Sequence record: OQ990040
Direction: 5' to 3' (one strand)
Length of the DNA stretch: 64,000 nucleotides
From: Escherichia phage SUT_E520
Shown: in pieces, positions 1-7,375 of the stretch
Numbering within the stretch: the stretch's first letter is position 1
Layout of the letters: every line of letters begins with the position of its first letter
Made by a program: the position numbers and the translations under genes
Notes under the pieces: model-generated
The model's input: only the letters and a program-made list of their open reading frames with translations
What the model was told of the DNA's origin: nothing
Databases searched by the model: none

Positions 1-1
1 T

Positions 2-90
2 TGGCGGAAGAAGTGGGAATCGAACCCACAAGGCTATATTTCAAACCGACAGATTAGCAATCTGCTGCAATACCGTTATGCTATTCTTCC
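2..90 (-). tRNA. tRNA-Ser (anticodon GCU), class II with long variable arm; CCA encoded
   Basis: Reverse complement folds as 7-bp acceptor GGAAGAA/TTCTTCC, 3-bp D stem, anticodon stem-loop with GCT, long variable arm, T arm GTGGG-TTCGATT-CCCAC, discriminator G, CCA. Confidence 0.8.
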
Positions 91-105
91 GAATTTATAA
101 GATAT

Positions 106-134
106 ATTATATTAGAAATTTAGCTTCATAGCAA
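106..134 (-). promoter_or_regulatory. sigma70-type early promoter (TTGCTA-17-TATAAT) driving tRNA-Ser
   Basis: Minus strand reads TTGCTA, 17-nt spacer, TATAAT; member of the repeated promoter module. Confidence 0.6.
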
Positions 135-633
135 GAAAATTTTTCAAGTTTTCGGTAGACATCTCATCCACATCTACGGGAGAAACAAAGCCGTTTAATT
201 TTCTAGCAAATTTTTCACCCGCAGGATCGTTGTCTCCGACAGCTACCAATTTAAAAGGTAATAATTTCAGTTGCTTTAATAACGCTTTTCCTGGAGAAGA
301 ACCTAACATTGCCAGGGCTGGATAACCAGCGTTATGTAGCGCAACTGCCTTAAATACAGATTCAGCGATCAATACTACTTTTTCATCTCCATTGAGAGTT
401 TCTAGTCCCCATACACACTGGGTAGTAGAATAAGTAAAATATTTAGCTTCAAAGGGACACTTACCATGACCTTTTGGAGCAGAAGGATTATACGTCTGAT
501 AGCCTCGCAACATCCCGGAGAAGTCATACAACGGGACTGTTAGCCATCCTTCCGGACTTAACCAGCAATGATATTTATCTGTATCAAATCCTCTGGATAA
601 GAGGTGCTGTGTTAGCTCATCAACATTCATATT
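112..633 (-). CDS. Toprim-domain protein (primase/nuclease-like fold)
   Basis: ORF track 112..681; start moved to MNVDELTQ ATG, which lies downstream of the promoter and behind a GAGAGAGG RBS; conserved Glu (IAES) and DxD (GDNDPAGE) Toprim motifs. Confidence 0.55.
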   Translation of the reverse strand, partial: NMNVDELTQHLLSRGFDTDKYHCWLSPEGWLTVPLYDFSGMLRGYQTYNPSAPKGHGKCPFEAKYFTYSTTQCVWGLETLNGDEKVVLIAESVFKAVALHNAGYPALAMLGSSPGKALLKQLKLLPFKLVAVGDNDPAGEKFARKLNGFVSPVDVDEMSTENLKNFLAMKLNF

Positions 634-660
634 TGGTTCCTCTCTCAAATTTATAGATAT

Positions 661-689
661 ATTATACAGAGAATTTAGCATTCAAGCAA
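661..689 (-). promoter_or_regulatory. sigma70-type early promoter (TTGCTT-17-TATAAT) with ATAAATTTGAGAGAGG leader
   Basis: Minus strand -35/-10 hexamers at 17-nt spacing followed by the conserved leader and RBS. Confidence 0.65.
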
Positions 690-805
690 TCAAATTTTTT
701 AACTTTTTAGAGGAAAATCATAGGGCACTTAAGGGTAGCAGATAAGTGGGGAGGACCAAAATTTGTGACCCCACTAAAAATCCGGGGGCAATTTTTAAAG
801 ACCCC

Positions 806-834
806 TTGACATTTTCGCTGGGGTAGTGTAAAGT
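806..834 (+). promoter_or_regulatory. candidate sigma70 promoter (TTGACA-17-TAAAGT) for the plus-strand cassette
   Basis: Consensus -35 TTGACA, 17-nt spacer, weak -10 TAAAGT about 60 nt upstream of the 897 start. Confidence 0.4.
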
Positions 835-896
835 ATATGTTATGGATGAGTGATCAAAGAGACACACATTTTCTATATACTAGGAGGTGTCAAAAT

Positions 897-1886
897 ATGA
901 CAGAAGAAGTAGCTAAGAGTCCTGAGACCGTCGCTAGCGTTGCAGCAGAACTGCACCGTCACGAGGAATCAGATAAGAAAAAGTGGGAGAAGGTCAGAGC
1001 CTACGAAGAAAAACATCGTGAACACGATGATGAAGAAGAAGATGACGATGATGAACATTGTCATAAATATGGAAAACATAAAATGCAAGAACCAGTAAAC
1101 GTATTCACTAGTGGCTTCCCTGGCCTACTGGGTGGTTACCCAGCAAACGCAGGTGCTTTCGGTGGTGAAGGTATGGGACTATTCGGAGCTATCCTAATCG
1201 GTGCTCTATTAACCGGCGGATTCGGTGGTTTCGGTGGATTCGGTGGACGTGGTGTAGTTGGTGAAGGTACCGCAGTTGATGCAGTACTTCAGAACCAAGA
1301 TACCGCTAGTATTCTAGCAGCTATCAACACTACTCGTACAGAGGCTAACCAGGGTACTGGAGCTGTTTTAAGCGCAGTTAACAATGGTTTTAGCCAGACA
1401 ACCCAAAACCAGAGCCGTGATACTCAGTCTGTACTAACTACGATCTACGGTACAGGTGCTAATCTGTCTAATCAGATCTGCCAGGAAACTCGCAACGTTA
1501 TTCAGGGTCAGTTCGATCTTTCTCGCCAGATTGATCAATCTTTCGCAGCTAACCAGATAGCTCGTGCACAAGATAAGTTTGATTCTGCACAGATCGCTTT
1601 CCAGCAGACTTTACAAACTAATAACCAGTTTGCCGCTGTTCAGGCTCAGATGTGTGCTAACCAGAACTCTCTGGAACGTCAGATCGCTGAATGTTGCTGT
1701 GAACTTCAGACTGCGATCGCTGGTGTAACTACTGCGCGTATCCAGGATGAGTTAGACGCATGTCGCCTACGTGAAGCAATCGCTGCGGGTAGCGGTGCTA
1801 ACGGTCAGGTAATTAATCAAATCGCTTTAAGTCTTGGTGCTATCACTCAGACTCTGGCTGGTCTGCAGGCTAAACTGCCGGCTTAA
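897..1886 (+). CDS. hypothetical low-complexity protein: acidic/His-rich N-terminus, Gly-zipper hydrophobic segment, Gln/Asn/Thr-rich C-terminal region with Cys clusters
   Basis: ORF track 837..1886; ATG at 897 follows RBS TAGGAGGTG; segments HREHDDEEEDDDDEHCH, GLFGAILIGALLTGGFGGFGGFGG, ECCCELQ. Confidence 0.7.
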   Translation: MTEEVAKSPETVASVAAELHRHEESDKKKWEKVRAYEEKHREHDDEEEDDDDEHCHKYGKHKMQEPVNVFTSGFPGLLGGYPANAGAFGGEGMGLFGAILIGALLTGGFGGFGGFGGRGVVGEGTAVDAVLQNQDTASILAAINTTRTEANQGTGAVLSAVNNGFSQTTQNQSRDTQSVLTTIYGTGANLSNQICQETRNVIQGQFDLSRQIDQSFAANQIARAQDKFDSAQIAFQQTLQTNNQFAAVQAQMCANQNSLERQIAECCCELQTAIAGVTTARIQDELDACRLREAIAAGSGANGQVINQIALSLGAITQTLAGLQAKLPA

Positions 1887-1907
1887 TATTAAGGGGAGGA
1901 GCCCATT

Positions 1908-2324
1908 ATGAGTAAATATGGTTTTGTAAATAACGGACTTAATCAAAGTATGGGCTCCCAGCAGCCCATTCCGGGTCTGGATAACCCCTACTTACAACAG
2001 TTGCAACAGCGTTTAGCAGAAGCGCAACAGATGCAGCAACAACTCCAGCAAAACCCTGGAAGTGTGAGTCCTATGCAAATGATGCAGCAAATGAGCGGGC
2101 AGTCGCAAATGCCTCAACAAATGCAGCAACAGGTGCCTCAGCAGCAAGTTCAGCAACAAACCCAACAACCGCAGGTTTCTGCGGAAGGACAGGCAGTACT
2201 AGCCCTTTTCGAAGACTTCGCAAAGACAGAGGATGGGAAACAGCTTGTATCACTTATGGGTAAGTTTAATAGCTTCTGCCAAAGCCAAGTTGCAAAAGCT
2301 CAAAATGGGGGTAGTAACTCCTAA
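1908..2324 (+). CDS. hypothetical glutamine-rich protein
   Basis: ORF behind RBS AAGGGGAGGAG; long Q-rich stretches (QQLQQRLAEAQQMQQQLQQ, QQMQQQVPQQQVQQQTQQPQ). Confidence 0.7.
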   Translation: MSKYGFVNNGLNQSMGSQQPIPGLDNPYLQQLQQRLAEAQQMQQQLQQNPGSVSPMQMMQQMSGQSQMPQQMQQQVPQQQVQQQTQQPQVSAEGQAVLALFEDFAKTEDGKQLVSLMGKFNSFCQSQVAKAQNGGSNS

Positions 2325-2333
2325 GGAGGAAAT

Positions 2334-2528
2334 ATGTGTTGCAGAAAATCTGTTTCGTGCTGCCCAGTGCCTGTAGCACGTTGTTGCTCTCCAGCAATGT
2401 TTACGCAAATACCGGCGTTCAATCCCTTTGCCTTTAAGCCTACTCTTATCCTGCCCCCTAGAGTAGATTTTCAGTCAAGATTGGCCTCCCGTATGGGTGG
2501 TTGCTGTACACCGAGAGTATGGTTCTAA
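2334..2528 (+). CDS. hypothetical small cysteine-rich protein (four Cys-Cys dyads)
   Basis: 64-aa ORF behind RBS TAAGGAGGAAAT; CC dyads at residues 2-3, 9-10, 17-18, 57-58. Confidence 0.6.
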   Translation: MCCRKSVSCCPVPVARCCSPAMFTQIPAFNPFAFKPTLILPPRVDFQSRLASRMGGCCTPRVWF

Positions 2529-2540
2529 ACCAAAAACAAA

Positions 2541-2574
2541 AGCCCCTGCCGAAAGGTAAGGGGCTTTTTCTTTT
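2541..2574 (+). terminator. intrinsic terminator ending the plus-strand cassette
   Basis: GC hairpin AGCCCCT...AGGGGCT followed by TTTTTCTTTT. Confidence 0.7.
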
Positions 2575-2580
2575 GCCTTA

Positions 2581-2619
2581 AATACAGAAAAGCCCGCGCT
2601 CTCGTAGGAAACGCGGGCT
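2581..2619 (-). terminator. intrinsic terminator downstream of the SPFH gene
   Basis: Hairpin AGCCCGCG...CGCGGGCT with a T-run on the minus strand. Confidence 0.6.
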
Positions 2620-2643
2620 TGGTTCGAAGATTACGTGTAACTA

Positions 2644-3591
2644 TTACTTGTTACGCATATCCATGATCATTTGACCATCGTAGCCAGTACCTACCACAGT
2701 CTGAGGTACACCACCTTGATACTTCTGAGCACGGATCATTTCAACTTCCAGTTGTTTCCAACGAATCATTTCAGGAGTAATGGTACGTTGCAATGCGGCG
2801 TTAGCTTCAGCTTCTTTCTTAGCTGCGTACAGTTTAGCATCTGCGTCACGTTCATTAGCAATAGCTTGGTTGTTACGAGCTTCACGATCTGCTTCTGCTT
2901 GTTTAACTTTTTGCTGTGCTTCCTGTTCAACGCGAGCAAGTTCAGCTTTCGCAGCATTAACTTGCTCTTCACGAACTTTGGTATTCTGTACCTGTTCCAT
3001 GATTACTGGCGGCAAGGTAATATCCTGAAGGAATACCTGCTTAACTGTGTAACCATATGGGCGCGCATACTCTTCAACTTCCTGTTGAATTGCAGTTTGC
3101 AATTGAGCCTGAATTTTAGCATCAAATAAATCTTGTGCTTTAGGTACAGACTTACCAAACTCACGAATAGTAGACAGTAATTTTTCAGTTACATACTTGT
3201 CTAGTGCCTGATCCTGAGTACCTGCGTTAATACGGTTAATCGGTGCTTTAGAACCATCAAACTGCAACATAACAGTCAGGTCAACAGTGGATTTAAACTT
3301 ATCCTGGCTAGGAACCTGAAGTTTATCTAATTTTACAGCAATATCTTTTGTACTAAAAGTATCGAAAGATGCAAACGGGTTTACAAGATGGAAGCCCGGC
3401 AATACTGGATTAGGGTCTACTTTACCCAGGAATGTTTGGGTTTTAACCGTACCATCAGAAACAATAGTATATGAATTAAAAGCTAGGATTAAACCTGCTA
3501 AACCAACTACAGCACCAATACCCCAACGTTTAATAGTACGAATTACTTTCTGCTCAGAAGTCAGTTCTTTCATATTTTTAGTAGCAAACAT
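2644..3591 (-). CDS. SPFH/band-7 (prohibitin/HflKC-like) membrane protein
   Basis: N-terminal transmembrane segment (GIGAVVGLAGLILAF), band-7-like core, long charged coiled-coil tail (AKAELARVEQEAQQKVKQAEADREARNNQAI). Confidence 0.6.
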   Translation of the reverse strand: MFATKNMKELTSEQKVIRTIKRWGIGAVVGLAGLILAFNSYTIVSDGTVKTQTFLGKVDPNPVLPGFHLVNPFASFDTFSTKDIAVKLDKLQVPSQDKFKSTVDLTVMLQFDGSKAPINRINAGTQDQALDKYVTEKLLSTIREFGKSVPKAQDLFDAKIQAQLQTAIQQEVEEYARPYGYTVKQVFLQDITLPPVIMEQVQNTKVREEQVNAAKAELARVEQEAQQKVKQAEADREARNNQAIANERDADAKLYAAKKEAEANAALQRTITPEMIRWKQLEVEMIRAQKYQGGVPQTVVGTGYDGQMIMDMRNK

Positions 3592-3625
3592 ATATTTCCT
3601 TTGTTTTAGTTACAGTTAATAAAAT

Positions 3626-3700
3626 TGGCCGAGGTGACAGGATTCGAACCTGCATAAAGGAATTTAGAAGACTCCTGCCTCTCCCTTAGACTACACCCCG
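3626..3700 (-). tRNA. tRNA-Arg (anticodon UCU); CCA encoded
   Basis: Reverse complement folds as acceptor CGGGGTG/CACCTCG, anticodon stem GGAGT/ATTCC with loop CTTCTAA, T arm GCAGG-TTCGAAT-CCTGT, 3' GCCA. Confidence 0.75.
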
Positions 3701-4202
3701 TTTAAGTATTTTTAAGAACTCTCGTAAAAACTCTTAAAAATACAGACGATACCGGGAGAGTCATAAGTCTCACTCATTAAGTATTTCAAGACAAAATACA
3801 GTAACGTCTATTATTTTCCAGTTTAAGTCAGGGTGACTTAGTGGTTATGTCCTGCGGTATATTGAGGACTCGGTTAGGCTTGGGGTCATGACTTCCCACC
3901 TTTTGCTGCTACTCAACAGGAGTTATCGCGAATTACCTGTGCTATTGTGCACCATTAGTGACATCTCTCATGTCAGCATTTCCCACTTTGTGGATAGCTT
4001 GAAAAACTACTCCGATATGGAGAAAGAACTTCACTATCCTAGAATACCTTCTAAAGTTCTTCTTTAGCCTGGACATAGTTAAATCGTAATAAAACTATTC
4101 AGCAGACTGGTTGGTTAGTCTGGAACCAACTACCGCGTGGTTTAGGCAGTGCGCAACTAACCTCGGAAGCTTTTATGTTAAAAGCATCAGTTATCCAGTT
4201 CT

Positions 4203-4274
4203 TACCGACCGTAGGATTCGAACCTACATCTTCCACCAGTTACGGCTTGATAATACCAATTATACTAGGACGGC
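4203..4274 (-). tRNA. tRNA-like element, possibly degenerate; anticodon not resolved (CGU is one possible reading)
   Basis: Perfect T arm GTAGG-TTCGAAT-CCTAC and 6/7 acceptor pairing, but irregular D and anticodon arms and no encoded CCA. Confidence 0.35.
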
Positions 4275-4497
4275 AGTGTTACTACATAAGTGATTTCCAC
4301 ACCCCACTATTTATAAATCAGAGAAGAGTTTAGGGGAGAGGTTTCAGACGCCTCATTTTACACGTTCTAGCCACTAACCGGGATTGCCGCCCCCTGTGTA
4401 CTAGTTTTACAACTAACCCACCGACTCTATTCAATGCGCTCCGGTTGGGATTCTGCACTCAGCGTAATCGGCTCGCTGTTCCCTAATTTATGAATAT

Positions 4498-4526
4498 ATT
4501 ATACAGAATTTATAAGCATTTAGCAA
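4498..4526 (-). promoter_or_regulatory. sigma70-type early promoter (TTGCTA-17-TATAAT)
   Basis: Minus-strand hexamers at 17-nt spacing; transcribes leftward into the tRNA/noncoding region. Confidence 0.65.
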
Positions 4527-4534
4527 ATGAATTT

Positions 4535-4969
4535 TTAGAAAAATTCACTAGCAATCAAAGCAGTTGTTTTACCGTCATAACGTCCGGGAAATTCTGCCTT
4601 AATAGTTTTCATTAATAGAGCTTTGGTAATACCTGGGTTTAATTTAACCAGTTCTGCAAAATACTCACGAATCTGAACCTCAGTCAGTTGACTTGGCTGA
4701 TACTCTTGCAGCATGGAATAAAGCAGTTGCTCATAGTCTACATCAGTAGGAACTTCCATACCAACTTTAATAGCGCGTTGTTTTGCATTTTCTAGAGCCT
4801 TAATCTGAGCTTTCAGATAGGCTACGAACTCGGTTCGAGTAACAATGTCTTTATCAATACGTTGCAGATCACCAATCATGGTCTGAAGATTAAGTGCCCG
4901 TTCCTTATCACCGTGAGTACGTGCTAGACTAAGTAGTCCACGAAGGGTCATTAGAATATTTTCACCCAT
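4535..4969 (-). CDS. hypothetical protein
   Basis: 144-aa ORF; its ATG overlaps the stop of the upstream small ORF (TAATG). Confidence 0.6.
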   Translation of the reverse strand: MGENILMTLRGLLSLARTHGDKERALNLQTMIGDLQRIDKDIVTRTEFVAYLKAQIKALENAKQRAIKVGMEVPTDVDYEQLLYSMLQEYQPSQLTEVQIREYFAELVKLNPGITKALLMKTIKAEFPGRYDGKTTALIASEFF

Positions 4970-5139
4970 TATTTCATCCCCAATGCTTGGTTAAAAGATT
5001 GTTCTGTCATAACTGCTGAGACTTTGGCGAAATCAAACTTTTTAGGGTTCGTAGTTATTTCAGCAACGTTAGAAGTTTTAACAGTTTTCGTAGTACGAAT
5101 ACCGCGAGTGTTAACACCAATAATTACAACTGATTTCAT
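4969..5139 (-). CDS. hypothetical small protein (56 aa, MKSVVIIGVNTRGIRTTK...), absent from the ORF track
   Basis: ATG 8 nt after RBS GAGAGGAAG directly downstream of the 5171..5199 promoter; stop overlaps the next start. Confidence 0.5.
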   Translation of the reverse strand: MKSVVIIGVNTRGIRTTKTVKTSNVAEITTNPKKFDFAKVSAVMTEQSFNQALGMK

Positions 5140-5170
5140 ATTTCGCTTCCTCTCATTAATTTATGAAAGT

Positions 5171-5199
5171 ATTATACAGAAATTTAAGTAGCTAAGCAA
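5171..5199 (-). promoter_or_regulatory. sigma70-type early promoter (TTGCTT-17-TATAAT)
   Basis: Minus-strand hexamers at 17-nt spacing plus CATAAATTAATGAGAGG leader. Confidence 0.65.
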
Positions 5200-5207
5200 G
5201 TAAATTT

Positions 5208-5657
5208 TTAAGTTTTAGTGACAACAGGTTTATAGAATGTATGTCCCTTAATCTTAGTTGTTTTCTTAAACTTCTTTGTCCAGTAAGGTTTATCTTTACC
5301 ACTATGGAAGTATAGTGCTCCATATGTAGGATCTTGTGGTAAATCAACGTAGTATATCACTCTAGCTAAATTCTTAGCGGTTTGCCAAGCCTCATCAGTT
5401 TTATCAACTTTTGGTCTCTTAGATACCCAAGAGAACTGGTTAGACTGATATACTACTTTACAGTAGGAATCTGGGAATTTACCGGAGTTTACACGGTTTT
5501 TAGTAACATGTGCAATCGCCGTCATTCCCTTTATGCCCTCACCACGACTTTCGAAATAGATATTTTTAGCAATGCAATCTATTTCTTTTGCATCGTGCGA
5601 TGCCTGACTACTAAAGCTGAAGGTAAGGGCAGCTACTAAAAGCAAAGCTGCCTTCAT
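5208..5657 (-). CDS. secreted cell-wall hydrolase, SleB/CwlJ family, with signal peptide
   Basis: ORF track start is TTG; the ATG at MKAALLLVAALTFSFSSQA follows RBS AGGAGT; motifs NIYFESRGE, AIAHVTKNRV, VVYQSNQFSW. Confidence 0.65.
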   Translation of the reverse strand: MKAALLLVAALTFSFSSQASHDAKEIDCIAKNIYFESRGEGIKGMTAIAHVTKNRVNSGKFPDSYCKVVYQSNQFSWVSKRPKVDKTDEAWQTAKNLARVIYYVDLPQDPTYGALYFHSGKDKPYWTKKFKKTTKIKGHTFYKPVVTKT

Positions 5658-5662
5658 TCTTT

Positions 5663-5980
5663 TTACTCCTGCCAATCATATTCAACACGATTGGGATTTT
5701 CTTTATACCCTAAGTCAAGCAAATCATTACGCATATTTTGCTTAGCTACTGGGTTCGAGGTTACTAGTACCACTTTCTTTGGTCTCTGCCCAAATTCTAA
5801 GAGTAAACGAAGAATTTGATAACCTTCCATACCATCTACAGCCAAGTCATTATCCATATAAACGAAATGGCCGGTGGTATCAGTTTTATTCAGAAACTCT
5901 ACAGCGGCTTCTGGGGTTCGAATGATAATGTCCATTCCGTGAAGATTACGCACATCATCAATCAAAATATGAAAAGTCAT
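5663..5980 (-). CDS. stand-alone CheY-like response-regulator receiver domain protein
   Basis: 105 aa; ILIDD acidic pocket, FVYMDNDLAVDGMEGYQILRLL matching the phospho-Asp region, VLVTS (Thr/Ser), LGYKENP (Lys); no output domain. Confidence 0.55.
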   Translation of the reverse strand: MTFHILIDDVRNLHGMDIIIRTPEAAVEFLNKTDTTGHFVYMDNDLAVDGMEGYQILRLLLEFGQRPKKVVLVTSNPVAKQNMRNDLLDLGYKENPNRVEYDWQE

Positions 5981-6010
5981 AATAGCCTCGTTTCATCAAT
6001 TTAAAAATAT

Positions 6011-6039
6011 ATTATACAGATAACTTAGTAACTTAGTAA
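6011..6039 (-). promoter_or_regulatory. sigma70-type early promoter (TTACTA-17-TATAAT)
   Basis: Minus-strand hexamers at 17-nt spacing upstream of the receiver gene. Confidence 0.5.
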
Positions 6040-6430
6040 ATTAGCAAATACATTTTTAAATTGTGAAACTAGTAAACCGATAAACAGCCTAGAGGCGCCA
6101 CAGGCCATATCTTATGAGCCATGTACCTTTGATCTAGGGTTTGAATCATCAACGAATACTTTGCATCTTTTAGCTTTAGAAGTTTAGAAGTTTGAGTTCT
6201 TTAAACTTTTCAGCTTTCATACTTAAATGTTGATCTTTGAAGTTGTGTCGGTAATATCAACGACGCTTTGTTCTTACGTGTCAGCTTAAAAGGCTGGTGT
6301 AATAAACATAATCTCCAATAGATTATACTTTATAGTATGGTCAGCGGTCTTATTTAACCCCGTATTTCAACCGCTGCTGCGAGGTAAGATGCTTGGGCTT
6401 TCGTCTACCGATTTACTAGCTTTTAAATTA

Positions 6431-7069
6431 TTACTCTACTTCAATGAAGGTAGAGGCGTTAGACTCGGACAGAACAAAGTCAACATTTGTTGCAAAGTCC
6501 TGGTATTCCTCGTCATGCTGCTTAATCAACTTCTCCAGTTCCAGCGGATCAATCAAGAATGGAGTATTCTTGAGTTCCAGCAGGTTGAGTTGCATTTTAA
6601 CTTCATCTTCGGAAGTTTTCTTATCACGGGTAGCCATGCTATCCTGCAAACGCTCATATTTAGCATCAAACTGTGCTTTCTGCGTATTAAACTTAACCGT
6701 AGCGGCATGGAACTGCTTACGCATGTTAGCCAGCAGTTGAGCTTTAAGCTCCATAGAACGCTTAGCTTCAATTGCTTCCGCAACAGTCATTTTACGAGAA
6801 CCGATCTCAACGATTGTTTCTGCATTGCTCTTAATCAGAGCAGATTTAATACGATCACGCTGAGACATCATATCCAGCAGAGACTGGAAATCAGTCTTAA
6901 TACGAGTAGACAGATCAGCTACTTCGATTGCAGCGCCAACTACAACCTGGTTTTTATCCTTACCTTCACCAACAGCGATCAGAAGCTGCTGTTCAGTAGC
7001 TTTACGGATTTTAGCTTCCAGAGATTTGATAGTTGCTAGAGCGCGAGTTTTAGAAATACGAGTAGTCAT
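6431..7069 (-). CDS. hypothetical protein, predicted alpha-helical
   Basis: 212-aa ORF behind RBS AAGGAAACAAATA. Confidence 0.6.
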   Translation of the reverse strand: MTTRISKTRALATIKSLEAKIRKATEQQLLIAVGEGKDKNQVVVGAAIEVADLSTRIKTDFQSLLDMMSQRDRIKSALIKSNAETIVEIGSRKMTVAEAIEAKRSMELKAQLLANMRKQFHAATVKFNTQKAQFDAKYERLQDSMATRDKKTSEDEVKMQLNLLELKNTPFLIDPLELEKLIKQHDEEYQDFATNVDFVLSESNASTFIEVE

Positions 7070-7122
7070 TATTTGTTTCCTTATATGAGGTTTGAGATTT
7101 GAATTTGTTTAAAGTTGGTCTA

Positions 7123-7305
7123 TTACAGACCAATTGCCAGCAGAGTGCGCAGAACAGTATCGTTACTGTTATCAATTTTAGGATTAGCACGATTTAGCAG
7201 ATCAAAGATTTTCTGGACACCTGATTGACGTTCAGCCATACGACGGATACCCAGATTACGAGTAGCTTTCTTACCATTTTTACGAACATTTTTAGATACT
7301 GGCAT
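7123..7305 (-). CDS. hypothetical small basic protein
   Basis: 60-aa Lys/Arg-rich ORF behind RBS AAAAGGAAAACAAAT, first gene after the 7346..7374 promoter. Confidence 0.5.
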   Translation of the reverse strand: MPVSKNVRKNGKKATRNLGIRRMAERQSGVQKIFDLLNRANPKIDNSNDTVLRTLLAIGL

Positions 7306-7345
7306 ATTTGTTTTCCTTTTATTGTTTTCTCAAATTTATGAATAT

Positions 7346-7374
7346 ATTATACAGAATTTTGGAGCCGGAAGCAA
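7346..7374 (-). promoter_or_regulatory. sigma70-type early promoter (TTGCTT-17-TATAAT)
   Basis: Minus-strand hexamers at 17-nt spacing plus ATAAATTTGAGAAAAC leader. Confidence 0.65.
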
Positions 7375-7375
7375 A

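Noticed and set aside
2671-3129. Plus-strand ORFs (2671..3129, 2780..3028) and minus ORF 2766..2972 overlapping the SPFH gene
   Set aside because: They are antisense or out of frame with a well-supported gene, have low-complexity translations and no RBS; read as chance frames.
4111-4293. 60-aa plus-strand ORF overlapping the tRNA-like element
   Set aside because: No RBS or promoter, and it lies antisense to the tRNA region transcribed from the minus strand.
6389-7039. 216-aa plus-strand ORF
   Set aside because: Fully antisense to the minus-strand gene 6431..7069, which has the RBS and sits in the promoter-driven operon; no plus-strand promoter or RBS.
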